From an uncultured delta proteobacterium (GTDB lineage Bacteria > Myxococcota_A > Polyangia > Polyangiales > B10-G4): a DNA stretch of 64,000 nucleotides. Location: contig CAVSGI010000010.1 in the NCBI GenBank assembly GCA_963727445.1, positions 1,248,001 through 1,312,000 on the forward strand, in the 5' to 3' direction. The position numbers and the translations under genes were made by a program. Below are positions 9,598 through 19,791 of the stretch, one piece after another. Positions within the stretch are counted from its first letter, which is position 1. Each line of letters begins with the position of its first letter. A model generated the notes under the pieces. That model was not told the DNA's origin. It ran no database searches and saw nothing but the letters and a program-made list of their open reading frames with translations.

Positions 9598-10488
9598 TCA
9601 GAAGGCGACGAGGGGCAGCTGGATGTTGCCGAGGCTTCCGTCCTCGGGTCCGCCGCTGGTGGCGAGGACCACCGCGGTCACCACGCCGCCCGCGACCAGA
9701 GCGACGCCCAGCGTGATCCAGAGCCAGGCGAGGCTGCCGCCTTCCTCCTCGACCTCGGCGTCATCGTTCGGTCCCGCGACGCCCAGAACCGGTGAGCTTC
9801 CCTCGGGTGCCGCCGGGACCTCGAAGCTCAATGGCGTTTCCATCGACCCGGCACGCGCCAGCACCGCCCCCGAAGGCGCCGCCGCCTCGATCACGTACTC
9901 GACCGAGTACGCGTCGCGCTCGGCGAGCAGTGGGATCCGAGCGCTGGCCACCCCATCGCGGAGGTTCATCACGACCGTCGAAAACGCACCGGCGCCCTGG
10001 CGATAGCGAAGACGCACCTCCTGCACGGCGTCGGCCCCCTCTCCATCGAGCTCCACTTCGAGCTCCGGGGGTACCCGCTCGTCGAAAGACGGCGAGGTGT
10101 GGTCGAGGAGGACCTCGACTGGCGCCGGCGGGTTCTCGCGCGCGCGGCCGAAGGCGCTGAGCACCGGAGGGCTCGGGTCCGATTCGCTCAGACGGTGCTG
10201 GGGATCGCGCGCGTAGAGGGACTGTAGGGTCTCGTCGGCCTCACGGGTCTGGCGACGCGCAATCTGCACCGTGGCCAGCACCTCCAAGCCTGCATTGCGG
10301 CCGGCCGCGTCCAGGTCGTCGCGGGCGAGATAGGCTTCGAGCTCGGTGAGCGCTTCGCGGTACTGCGCGTAGAGCACCTTGTCCCGGATCTCCGCCAGCA
10401 CGTCTTCCGGTGCGGCTTCCTGCGCCGTGGCGAGCGCAGGAAAGAGCCCGAACGACAGGAGCACCAGCAGAGAGTTACGGAGCCACAT
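9598..10488 (-). CDS. secreted TPR-like protein with C-terminal membrane anchor
   Basis: Signal peptide MWLRNSLLVLLSFGLFPALATAQ, helical TPR-like region, beta domain, WLWITLGVALVAGGVVTAVVL TM, terminal Phe. Confidence 0.75.
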   Translation of the reverse strand: MWLRNSLLVLLSFGLFPALATAQEAAPEDVLAEIRDKVLYAQYREALTELEAYLARDDLDAAGRNAGLEVLATVQIARRQTREADETLQSLYARDPQHRLSESDPSPPVLSAFGRARENPPAPVEVLLDHTSPSFDERVPPELEVELDGEGADAVQEVRLRYRQGAGAFSTVVMNLRDGVASARIPLLAERDAYSVEYVIEAAAPSGAVLARAGSMETPLSFEVPAAPEGSSPVLGVAGPNDDAEVEEEGGSLAWLWITLGVALVAGGVVTAVVLATSGGPEDGSLGNIQLPLVAF

Positions 10489-10495
10489 GGGTACG

Positions 10496-10505
10496 AGTGT
10501 ATAAT
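10496..10505. promoter_or_regulatory. overlapping divergent -10 elements (TATAAT on +, TACACT on -)
   Basis: AGTGTATAAT in the 31-bp gap between divergent TPR and kinase genes. Confidence 0.55.
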
Positions 10506-10519
10506 GATACGGACTCGAG

Positions 10520-12589
10520 ATGTCAGACCCACCCAAGGGGCCGGGCGGCGTAAGGAGGGCTTTGCCGAAAGGCATGTCCGACGTACCGGAGGCGCGCGGC
10601 GGCGTGGTCACACGCGCTTCCTCCAGCTCACACCCACCGCCACCGGGCCCGACCCTGCGCCCGCGCAAGGGCGGCAAGCCCCTGCCCGATCTGCCGAAAG
10701 ACCCCTCGGAGGCGGACGATGTCATCGAGGTCGATCTGAACGCGCTCGCGCTACCTGGACCCGCGCCCACCGGGATGAAGGCCGCGAGCGGTGGACCGGC
10801 GACGCTGCCGGCGATCTGCATGTTCGGCCGCTATCAGATCCTGGGGCGCCTCGCCTTCGGCGGCATGGCGGAGATCTTCCTGGCGCGCGAGGCCTCGACC
10901 GCGGGGGCGAGCCGCCACGTGGTGATCAAGCGGGTGCTGCCCAACGTCGCCGACGATCAGAAATTCGTCGAGATGTTCCTGAACGAGGCCCGCCTGGCAA
11001 TTCAGCTCAACCACCCGAACATCTGCCACATCTACGAGTTCGGCGACTTGGAGAGCAGCTATTTCATCGCGATGGAGTGGATCGATGGCGTGCCGCTGGG
11101 CAAGCTCATCCGCCGCGCACGCAAGTCGGGCAAGGGAGTGCCCGTCGAGATCGCGGTGCGCATCGGCGCGCAGATCGGCTCCGCCCTCCACTATGCGCAC
11201 CGCGCCAAGGACGCCCTGGGTCGCCCCATGAACATCGTCCATCGCGACGTCACGCCACACAACGTGATGGTCGCCTACGACGGCCAGGTGAAGCTCCTCG
11301 ACTTCGGCATCGCGAAGGCGGAGACGCAGACGCAGAAGACCGAGGCCGGAACCGTGAAGGGGAAGTTCTCGTACATGTCCCCGGAGCAATGCACCGGCAA
11401 GGCCATCGACGGACGCTCGGACATCTTCGCGCTCGGCATCTGCCTGTGGGAGGCGATCGTCGGTCGCGCGCTCTACCGGCGCGACACACAGTACGAGACG
11501 ATGCACGCGGTGATTCACGAGCCGCCGCCGTCGCTCCGGAAGTTTCGGCGAGGTGTGCCGGTGGAGCTGGATGCGATCGTGGCCCAGGCGCTGGCGAAGA
11601 ACCCGGAGGATCGCTATCAGTCCGCGGGAGAGCTTCAGCGCGCGCTCGAGCTGTGGCTGGCCGACAACCGCAAAGTGGTGAGCTCCGCGCAGGTCGCGGA
11701 GCTGATGGAGGAGCTGTACGAGAACGAGATCCAGAGGGGCCCGCTCGTCGACACCAACCCCTTCGGCTCGTCGTTCCAGGGCCTCGGCGAAAAGCGGCCG
11801 GCTCCGGAGCACGCCTCGGGCTCTATGTCGGCTGCGCGGCCGCTGTCTCATCCGAGCTTGCTGTCGGCCCAGGCGATGGACCCGCCCCCGCTCGAGCCGA
11901 AGCGGAACGGGGGGGTGAAGATCGCCGTGATCGCGGTGGCCACGCTTCTGGGCTTCGGAGCAGCAGCCGCGGGCTTCGGTGGTCTCTTCGGAGGCGACGA
12001 CTCCGGAGCACACACCAACGGGCCCGAGCAGGACGAGAGTCCGAGCGCAGATGCCGGGGAGACAGTGGCCGATGCCGCGCTGACATTCGGGGCCGAGGAT
12101 GGTGACGAGGTAGACGCCGCTGTGGTCGATGCCGCGGCAGCGCCGGCCACGGCCGTCGTGGAGCTGACCTATGCGCCGTCGCGCGCACACATCACCCTCG
12201 ATGGAAGCGAGGTCGCGGGCCCGAGCCCGGTCACGATAGAGGACGTGACGCCGGGCGTGCATCACCTGGAAGTGAAGGCACCGGGGTTTCACGACTTCGC
12301 GCAGGATGTCGCGCTCAGCCCCGGCGATCGCCTGAGCGTGGAAGCGAGCCTGCACCCGCTCCGACGCCAGCCCGCCGCCCCTCCTGGACGACTCTCGATC
12401 AACACGCGTCCCTGGTCGAAGGTCTACGTCGGCCCTCGTCTCCTCGGCACGACGCCGATCGCCGAAGCTCGCGTCACCTCCGGCGCCGTTCGCCTGCGCC
12501 TGGTCGACCGCGACGGACGAACCCACACCAAGACGGTGCGGGTGCCGGCGGGCGGCGCGCAGCGCGTGTTCTACGATCTCAGCCGCTGA
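10520..12589 (+). CDS. Hanks-type Ser/Thr protein kinase with TM helix and PEGA domain(s)
   Basis: GGMAEIF, VVIK, HRDVTPHN, DFGIAK, YMSPEQ; TM near aa 470; PEGA-like C-terminus. Confidence 0.95.
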   Translation: MSDPPKGPGGVRRALPKGMSDVPEARGGVVTRASSSSHPPPPGPTLRPRKGGKPLPDLPKDPSEADDVIEVDLNALALPGPAPTGMKAASGGPATLPAICMFGRYQILGRLAFGGMAEIFLAREASTAGASRHVVIKRVLPNVADDQKFVEMFLNEARLAIQLNHPNICHIYEFGDLESSYFIAMEWIDGVPLGKLIRRARKSGKGVPVEIAVRIGAQIGSALHYAHRAKDALGRPMNIVHRDVTPHNVMVAYDGQVKLLDFGIAKAETQTQKTEAGTVKGKFSYMSPEQCTGKAIDGRSDIFALGICLWEAIVGRALYRRDTQYETMHAVIHEPPPSLRKFRRGVPVELDAIVAQALAKNPEDRYQSAGELQRALELWLADNRKVVSSAQVAELMEELYENEIQRGPLVDTNPFGSSFQGLGEKRPAPEHASGSMSAARPLSHPSLLSAQAMDPPPLEPKRNGGVKIAVIAVATLLGFGAAAAGFGGLFGGDDSGAHTNGPEQDESPSADAGETVADAALTFGAEDGDEVDAAVVDAAAAPATAVVELTYAPSRAHITLDGSEVAGPSPVTIEDVTPGVHHLEVKAPGFHDFAQDVALSPGDRLSVEASLHPLRRQPAAPPGRLSINTRPWSKVYVGPRLLGTTPIAEARVTSGAVRLRLVDRDGRTHTKTVRVPAGGAQRVFYDLSR

Positions 12590-12601
12590 TCGGCAGAAGG
12601 C

Positions 12602-12979
12602 TCAGGGCAGGGGGTGTCGCTGGCGCCAGACCCGGTCCAGCACCTCGGCCATGTCGACGGGCTTCGACTGCACCTCGGCCGCGATGTTCTCCGCTTCCAG
12701 CGTCTTCGTCGCCGTGTCGCCGTTGCCTGTCGCCACGCTCACCGGAAGCGGCGGCGCGAGACGGCGCGCGAGACCGATGGCGGGAAGGCTGGTGCCCTCC
12801 TGAAGATGGAAGTCCGTGATCAAGCCGGCCGCCCCCGGCGATGCGAGGGCCTCCATCGCAGCGTCGAGGGTCACGCAAGGCACCACCGGCACGGCGTGCT
12901 TGTCGGCTGTGCGCACCCACGAGCGCAGCATCGCTGCGTCGTCCTCGAGCACGACGATGAACCTGGGTGGCCTGTGCAT
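12602..12979 (-). CDS. stand-alone response regulator receiver domain protein
   Basis: VVLEDD, LITDFHL (phospho-Asp), VATG and SKP receiver motifs. Confidence 0.8.
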   Translation of the reverse strand: MHRPPRFIVVLEDDAAMLRSWVRTADKHAVPVVPCVTLDAAMEALASPGAAGLITDFHLQEGTSLPAIGLARRLAPPLPVSVATGNGDTATKTLEAENIAAEVQSKPVDMAEVLDRVWRQRHPLP

Positions 12980-13088
12980 CGTTCGTACACTTATGCCAGG
13001 GAAGCGAGGCTGACTGAACACGAAAATGTCGCTTGGGCGCGACGTGCACCGTGTGCGCGTAGCATTCCACCCCGGACGGACGGAAGCG

Positions 13089-13611
13089 TCAGCGGCGCCG
13101 GTAGGTCAGGCGGTAGTGAAGGTCGTCTGGGAGTCGTGGGTGGGAGATCCGAACGGCCATTCGCAACGTCTGTCCATCCTCGGAGAGGCCGAGTGCGTGG
13201 TGCGTGCGCGCATCGTCGAAGCGCTCGGAGTACTGGAGCTGACCGCGGCTGAAGTCGCAGCGGCCCTGCCCTTCTTCGTCGTTCGCCCCCTCGGCCCGGT
13301 GCCAATCGCCGTCGCAGGGGATGCGAACGCGCTGCTCGAAGCGGAAGGTGGTCTCCCCATTCACGCGCGCGATGGTGATGGAGGTCTCCGGCCGGATGTC
13401 GTTGTGCATCCGTCGCCGCGCGAATCCCCGCGCGAGGAAGCCGAAATTGATCCGCGACGCGGTCGATCTCCTGGGTCAATGCCTGACGCTGACTCTGCCC
13501 GCCCGAGAAGCGGTACGTTCCGATGAAGGTCTCGGGGATCTCGTCCGCGTGCACCACGATCGCGGCCGTGAAAGCACTGAAAGCGGCGATGATGGCGAGC
13601 GCACGAGGCAT
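13089..13611 (-). CDS. secreted hypothetical protein (one frameshift near 13440)
   Basis: Signal peptide MPRALAIIAAFSAFTAAIVVHA in ORF 12991..13647 joins ORF 13089..13409, which ends LHYRLTYRRR. Confidence 0.6.
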
Positions 13612-13671
13612 GGCTGGTACGACGGATCTGGACACGAATTGCTTCAAATCAACGGAATTCCTGCTGTCGGG

Positions 13672-15687
13672 TCAGCCCCCACCCACGATCATCGGCGAGG
13701 AAGTGTAGACGACCGTATAGGGGCGCGCCTGGACGACGACCATCTCACGGTTTCGCGTCATCAGGAACTCGACGTCGACGGCGTTGGCAGGTGCAGTGTA
13801 GTGCGGACGCATTCGCTGATCGAGCTCCAGCAGGATCTCCGTGAGGCGCAGGACATCGACCTCTCGGAGGATCGGCTGCCCGTCGGTCAGCGAAGAGCGT
13901 GACAAGACCTCGGGCTCGGGGGTCTCTGGATAGGTGTAGACGAGGTGCTGTTCGGGCACGTCCTCGCCAGCGTCGGTCACGCTCCCTGCCGAGACCTGGA
14001 TGTTGATGAACACACCCGGCCGATTCGGATTGAACGGATTGCGCGTGATGGCGACGCCGCTGGCGATGACGTCGGCGACGAAGGGCTGAACGAGAATCGC
14101 CATCGCGACGTGGCGGTGGTCGATGCGGTAGAAGTCGCGCTCGTCGTAGCCGCGAAGCGTCCACACGCTGGCCCAGACCTCGCGAATCGCGTTCTCGATG
14201 TCGTCGGAGGATGGATTGGCGTCGACCACGATGGAACGGTAGAGGCCCGCGCCGTTGAAGCCGATGAGATCCTCGGCGTTGGTGCTCGAGCGGAAGATGG
14301 TGCGCGTGGGACCGAAGGCCGCGATCTTTCGGCGGACCTGGCGGATGAGCTCGGGATCCACCGGGAGGCGCTGAATGATGTTGCGCAGCTCCTCGAGGCG
14401 CTGCGCACGAACCCGGGAGTCGTCGCGAAAGTCGCCGTCGACGAGCATCTGCCCGATGCCCTCATCGATGTGGTTTCGTTCGAGATGGGTCGTGTAGTAG
14501 TGAAAGGGGATCACGAATCCGCCGGGCGTCGCGATGCGCGGGGCGAGCGGGCAGACCTCCGCGAGCTGAGAGGCTTTGGCGCCCGCTACCGAGATCGATT
14601 GGGCGTTCAGGTCGCAGAGATCGAGGAGGCGGCGCTCCCGGCGGTCGACCTGAGGCGTAAAGGGCTGCGCGGGACGAAGATCGGCCCAGAATTGCAGCCG
14701 CGACCTGCTGGTCGGCCGGCTCGACCTTGAAGTCCTGGGGGCCGACGTAGAGACGCACGAGCTGGCCGTCGAGGCGCGTGAAGCGGGCGTCGTCCGCCGC
14801 GCCACGCAGCGCCATGTTGGGGGTGCCGCGATTCTGGCTGAGGACGGCGACGTGGGAGAGCGGCGCTTGGAGGGCCCCGGTCACCAGGCCCATCGAGAGC
14901 GGCAGGTCTGGCGGTACGTGATCGCTGACGATGATCTCGTTGCGTCGAACGGAGGACATGTCGAGCGTCCCGCGCACGATGCGCAGATACCCGTAGGTCA
15001 CGCCCTGGGTGAGGGGCTGATAGCGGAGATCGCCGAGGAGCTCGTCGGTGGTGATGGTGGGGAGGCGATCGGCCACCGAGGCGATCATGCGCTGGTTGAG
15101 CTCCGAGAGCGCGCGATAGCGAAGCTGGTCACCGAAGAAGACCGCATCGCGAACCTGCTCGAACGCGCGAAGCACGCGCGGGCCCTCGAGGTCGTCTCCG
15201 GAGATCATCTCGAAGGTCCACACGTCGGGGTCGAGGTAGTGCACGAGGCTGCCGCAGATGAAGCGGCGGCCGGGGGTGCGGTACTCCCGGACGTTGAAGG
15301 CCGCGTGCGACTCGACGGGATGCTCGGCGCTGTGGAGGAACTGCCGCGCGAAGTCGTAGTGGATGTCCCAGCGCGCCGTCTGCGGAAACCAGAGCCTTCG
15401 GTCGTCCTCGAGATCGATCAGGAACTTCACGACCTCGGTGCGGGCGAAGACCACACCGTCGGGTCGCGCCGCCAGCAGAGACCATTCGTGGAGGTCGTCG
15501 ATGCGATGGGCGAAGTCCGGAGCGCCCTCGGGCACCGGGGGGTTGGGATCATCGAGCTACGTCGCTCGACCTCGGCGGTGGAGGGGCGGGGCGCATCGGG
15601 ACCGCGTAGCCCCTCTTTCGCAGAGCCGCACGCCGCCGGGACGAGGGCGAGGCAGAGGGCCAGGAGGGTGGCGGGTCCTTTTTGCAC
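13672..15687 (-). CDS. lipoprotein with PEP/pyruvate-binding (PPDK_N ATP-grasp) domain (frameshifts near 15530 and 14700)
   Basis: Lipobox LVPAACG; AGAKASQLAE, FRSSTNAEDLIGFNGAGLYRS, VWASVW, DVEF and VVQARP motifs; LSHVAVLSQNRGTPN in the middle part. Confidence 0.8.
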
Positions 15688-15745
15688 GCTGGGATTCTAC
15701 CTCGGGGATGTTGCCTGGGGCCCTGGGTGTTGGTACTGGCGAGCC

Positions 15746-17128
15746 ATGCGTGATGTGACGGTCATTCTGGTCCTTTCGGTCTCCCTCCTCTCGGCTGGCT
15801 GCGGAGACGACGACGACGCGAGCCCGACGCCCGAAACCACCGCGACGACCGCCGCGGCCGGCGAAAGCGCCGAAACGAGCGCAGGCGAAGGCCATGGCGA
15901 GAGCGGGAGTGCTCAGGACGAAACCGCCGTACCCGACTCACTCCCCAATGCGCTCCTCCTCTCCTATGCGCAATTCGGCGGTCGAACGCCCGGGGCGGCG
16001 AAGATGGGAATCCTGAGGCGCGCAGGAGGCGAGTGGCAGATGGAGTTCTTCGAGGACACCGACGCCATCGTCTTCCACAAGGGGATGCTCTACGAAGCGC
16101 CGACGGTGCCCGCGGGCATCGTCACCCTCACCGGGACCACGCCGGTCCCTGACGGCGTGAGCGATCAGGAAGCGACCGTGAAGATCTGGCGTCGCACGGG
16201 CGGAGAGTGGCACGCCGACACCATCTGGTCGGCGAAGTTCGGCGGGCAGATCAACCGCATGCGCGACGCCGAGATCGCCGACCTCTACGGCGACGGAATG
16301 CCGGACATCGCCGTGGGGACGCACGACATGGGCGTCTTCGCTGTCCTTCGTCCGCCGACCGAGGCCGGCGGCGACTGGCGCGTCGAGGAGCTCGACCGCG
16401 CGACGGAGCGCACCTTCATCCACGAGATCGAAGTGGGTGACCTGAACGGGGACGGAACCCTCGAGGTCTACGCGACGCCGAGCGAACCGAACACCCTCGG
16501 TGGCGGCGAGCAACATGGCCAGGTCGTGCGCTACGTCCCGAAGAACGGCCGCGAGCGCACCGTTGTCGCGGATCTCGGCAACCGCCACGCGAAGGAGATC
16601 TACGTCGGCGACGTCGACGGGGATGGGACCGACGAGCTCTACGTCGTGGTGGAGGCGCTGACCGAGGGCGACGAGGGCAACGTGAGCATCGTCGAGCCGG
16701 TCGAGATCCGGCGCTACGACGCCGACACCCCGCCCGACCAGGGAGCGGTGATCGCGACCATCAACGACCGCTTCTGCCGCTTCCTGACGGTGGGCGATCC
16801 CGACGGTGACGGAAAGAAGGAGATGGTCGCCGCGGCGATGTCCTCCGGCCTCTGGTTCCTCGAGCCAGGCCGCGATCCGCGAGGCGAGTGGTCGATCGAG
16901 AACATCGACCGCGACTCCGGCGGCTTCGAGCACGCCGCCACCTTCGCCGATCTGGACGCCGACGGAACCGACGAGCTCTATGTCGCCGCGGATCGCGCCG
17001 GCGAAGTGCGGCGCTACGTCTGGCAGAACGGCCGGCCTCGCCGCGAGACGATCCACACCCGCCCCGAAGCCCGCTCGATGCTGACCTGGAACATCACGGT
17101 GGTGCCGGTCTCCGTCCTGGAGAACTGA
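15746..17128 (+). CDS. FG-GAP/VCBS-repeat lipoprotein
   Basis: Lipobox LSAGC; repeated GDLNGDG, GDVDGDG, GDPDGDG and ADLDADG motifs. Confidence 0.8.
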   Translation: MRDVTVILVLSVSLLSAGCGDDDDASPTPETTATTAAAGESAETSAGEGHGESGSAQDETAVPDSLPNALLLSYAQFGGRTPGAAKMGILRRAGGEWQMEFFEDTDAIVFHKGMLYEAPTVPAGIVTLTGTTPVPDGVSDQEATVKIWRRTGGEWHADTIWSAKFGGQINRMRDAEIADLYGDGMPDIAVGTHDMGVFAVLRPPTEAGGDWRVEELDRATERTFIHEIEVGDLNGDGTLEVYATPSEPNTLGGGEQHGQVVRYVPKNGRERTVVADLGNRHAKEIYVGDVDGDGTDELYVVVEALTEGDEGNVSIVEPVEIRRYDADTPPDQGAVIATINDRFCRFLTVGDPDGDGKKEMVAAAMSSGLWFLEPGRDPRGEWSIENIDRDSGGFEHAATFADLDADGTDELYVAADRAGEVRRYVWQNGRPRRETIHTRPEARSMLTWNITVVPVSVLEN

Positions 17129-17129
17129 G

Positions 17130-17660
17130 ATGGCCGGCATCGACGAGTCGATCGACTTCGTCCCGGTCCGCATCGCGATCATCACGGTGTCGGACACGCG
17201 TACCGAAGAGACCGATCGCTCGGGACGCATCCTGGTGGAGCTCGCCGAGGGGGCGGGCCATGCGGTGCACCCGAAGGTGATCGTGCCTGACGAGCTGCCG
17301 CGGATCGTCGAGGCGCTCGAGGGATACGTCGACGATCCCGAGGTGGACGTGGTGATCACCACCGGCGGCACCGGGGTCACGGGACGCGACACCACGCCCG
17401 AAGCCCTCGCCGCCATCTGGGACAAAGAGATCCCCGGTTTCGGCGAGCTCTTCCGGCACCTGAGCTTCGCGACCATCGGGACCAGCACCGTTCAGTCGCG
17501 CGCCACCGCGGGTGTGGCACGAGGAACGTACGTCTTCGTTCTGCCGGGCTCGACCGGCGCAGTGAAGGATGCCTGGGAAGGCATCCTGAAGACGCAGCTC
17601 GACGTGCGCTACCGGCCCTGCAACTTCGTCGAGCTCTTGCCGCGCTTGAAGGAGCGCTGA
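17130..17660 (+). CDS. moaB: molybdenum cofactor biosynthesis protein B
   Basis: ITVSDTRT, DRSG, TTGGTGVTGRDTTPEA, PGFGELFR, LPGSTGA, RPCNFVEL. Confidence 0.93.
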   Translation: MAGIDESIDFVPVRIAIITVSDTRTEETDRSGRILVELAEGAGHAVHPKVIVPDELPRIVEALEGYVDDPEVDVVITTGGTGVTGRDTTPEALAAIWDKEIPGFGELFRHLSFATIGTSTVQSRATAGVARGTYVFVLPGSTGAVKDAWEGILKTQLDVRYRPCNFVELLPRLKER

Positions 17661-17666
17661 CGCGGC

Positions 17667-18860
17667 TTACTCTGCGGTGCCGGTGGGCATCGGCTCGACG
17701 CTCTGCAAGTAGGCCCACAGGGCCTGGAGCTCGACGTCGGTCATCTCGGCGGCGTAGGGCTGAATCAGCGTCATCGGGTAGCGAAGCTCGGTCCCGTCCG
17801 GACGCCGGAGCTCGCGCAGCGCGGTCACGAAATCGTCGTACTCCCAGTCCGCGAGACCCTCCGCGTGAGGCGTCAGGTTGCGCGCCGGAATCCAGTCCGG
17901 GGGACCGACGGGGATGGGGCCGCCGTTGAGGGTCTGCCGGTGGCATCCCGTGCAGACGCCGGCGAGGTGCTGGCCGAACTCGGCGGTGGGCGCGGTCTCG
18001 GGCGGGCGCTCGGCGTGCGTGCCGTCGTGATCATGGATCAGGTCGTACGCGAAGGGGAGCTTGCCCAGCGCCGTGAGCACGGTGCCTACCGGGCCCATCT
18101 CGGGCCGAGGCACGTCGTTGTCCACGGGCGGCACGGTGCGCAGGTACGCGATGATGTCCGAGAGCTCTTGATCGCTCATGAGCTGATAGTCGTCGGCGGG
18201 CATGGAGGACGGGTGCCCGCTCGGGAGCACGCCGTGTCGCACGCTGTGGTCCCAGTCCGCCACCGTGTAGTCCGCCGTGCGCCCACCCTCACCGGTGGTG
18301 AGGTTCGGGCCGAGGATCACGGCGAAGGCCGGGTCGTTGATCATCTCGCCGCCCCCGAAGTTCTGGCCGTGGCACTCGACGCAGGCGTAGCGCGCCTTCA
18401 CGAGGTGCTCGCCGCGGGCGATGGCGCGCTCGAGGGCGATGGCTTCGAGGTCCACGCCCTCCATGGGATCGACCTCGGGCTCGGGGGCGACCTCCGCCTG
18501 CGTCTCGCCTTCCACGTCGGTCGCGGTCTCGCCCTCCGCGTCGGTCTCGGTCTCGGTCTCGGTCTCCGTCGCCGTCTCGGTCTCCGAGTCCGTCTCGGTC
18601 TCCGTCGCCGTCTCCCCGTCCCCTTCCGTCTCCTCGACGTTGGCGACGGTTTCGGTCTCGAGCTCGGCGATTCGCTCGCGGCGGATCTGGGCGATCTCGG
18701 CCTGGGTCAGCGGAAAGGGGACCGGGAAATCCACGTCATGTGCTTCGACGATGCGGTCGCGCAGGCTGCTCGTCTTACTGGAAGCCCATCCGTAGAAGCC
18801 ACCCGCGGCGACGAGCAAGACGACGACCACGATTCCGATCCACTTGAGCGCTTTCTTCAT
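17667..18860 (-). CDS. membrane-anchored di-heme cytochrome c with acidic Glu/Thr insert
   Basis: N-terminal TM; CVECHG and CTGCHR heme motifs; PNLT/RNLTP; ETETET low-complexity tract. Confidence 0.85.
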   Translation of the reverse strand: MKKALKWIGIVVVVLLVAAGGFYGWASSKTSSLRDRIVEAHDVDFPVPFPLTQAEIAQIRRERIAELETETVANVEETEGDGETATETETDSETETATETETETETDAEGETATDVEGETQAEVAPEPEVDPMEGVDLEAIALERAIARGEHLVKARYACVECHGQNFGGGEMINDPAFAVILGPNLTTGEGGRTADYTVADWDHSVRHGVLPSGHPSSMPADDYQLMSDQELSDIIAYLRTVPPVDNDVPRPEMGPVGTVLTALGKLPFAYDLIHDHDGTHAERPPETAPTAEFGQHLAGVCTGCHRQTLNGGPIPVGPPDWIPARNLTPHAEGLADWEYDDFVTALRELRRPDGTELRYPMTLIQPYAAEMTDVELQALWAYLQSVEPMPTGTAE

Positions 18861-18903
18861 CGTGGCGGACCGTAGCCAACAATGGCTGCGTCCCGCAAGA
18901 GCC

Positions 18904-19680
18904 TCAGGGGACGGTGTCGCCCACATCCATTCGGAAGCGGAGCTTGCCGCCGCCTCCGCCACCACCGCAGAGGCTCGCCGCCACGTCGACCATCCTCACA
19001 CCTTCGACGACGGGACGACCTGTAATCCGGTCCACCAAACCGAGGTAGTAGGTCCCGCCCGGCGTGGAGCAGGAAGTCTTCCAATAGACCGTGACGTTCG
19101 TGGCGCCGGTCGAATCCTCACCGCCGATGATCGAGGGCCCGCCGTAACCGTCGTTGCGAATCACGTTGCCGCCACAATAGTCGGTGCGGGTGACGAAGGG
19201 GAGGAGGCGGCTGACGCCGATGGCGCCGTAGTAGCTGAGCGTGGCCACGTAGCGATCGCCCGCCTGAAGAGTGGAGGGGCCGGACGAGTCGAGCGGGTAG
19301 TAAGCCCCACTGATCGTGTTGTCCGGATCACAAACACAATCATTGCTGGCTTTGGCCTCGTCGAGGAGCGTCTGATCGGCGCCGGTGAGCCACCCATCGC
19401 GGTCGATGTCGGCGGCGGCATCACCGGAGGTGAAGGCGCTGTCGAAGAGGGACTGGTCCGCCCAGCCCACCTGGAAGTCCTGGTTCAGGTCGCCCGTGCA
19501 CGCGACGCAGAGCCCCTCCGACGTGCAGGTGGGGTGAGTTCCCGGACAGTCGGCGTTGGCCGCGCACTCGGTGACCAGCGCAGCCATCGCGCCGCCGACG
19601 TCCTCTGGGGCCACCTCCGCTGCGCACCCCACGGAGAAGACCAGAACCAGAATCGAAATCCGCTGAACCATCATCGCCAC
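18904..19680 (-). CDS. hypothetical lipoprotein with Cys motif and dockerin/EF-hand-like loops
   Basis: Lipobox FSVGC; GDLNQDFQVGWAD and ADIDRDGWLTGAD loops; exact start (19680/19674/19671) uncertain. Confidence 0.6.
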   Translation of the reverse strand: MAMMVQRISILVLVFSVGCAAEVAPEDVGGAMAALVTECAANADCPGTHPTCTSEGLCVACTGDLNQDFQVGWADQSLFDSAFTSGDAAADIDRDGWLTGADQTLLDEAKASNDCVCDPDNTISGAYYPLDSSGPSTLQAGDRYVATLSYYGAIGVSRLLPFVTRTDYCGGNVIRNDGYGGPSIIGGEDSTGATNVTVYWKTSCSTPGGTYYLGLVDRITGRPVVEGVRMVDVAASLCGGGGGGGKLRFRMDVGDTVP

Positions 19681-19791
19681 GACCTCCGAGATTCAACTTC
19701 GCTCGGGGACGCGCATAAAGCGCCTTACAAAGGCTTAAAGCGGGCCAGATGCGAGTTTCGTGTGTGATGTCGACGACTTCGCCGGAGCCGA

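Noticed and set aside
13672..15687. ppsA/ppdK or rifampin phosphotransferase
   Set aside because: Domain order differs, the pyruvate-binding barrel is missing and there is an apparent lipoprotein signal.
19690..19770. A/T-rich short direct repeats (CTTACAAAG / CTTAAAG) upstream of the orphan lipoprotein
   Set aside because: Too short and imperfect to distinguish from an ordinary promoter region.
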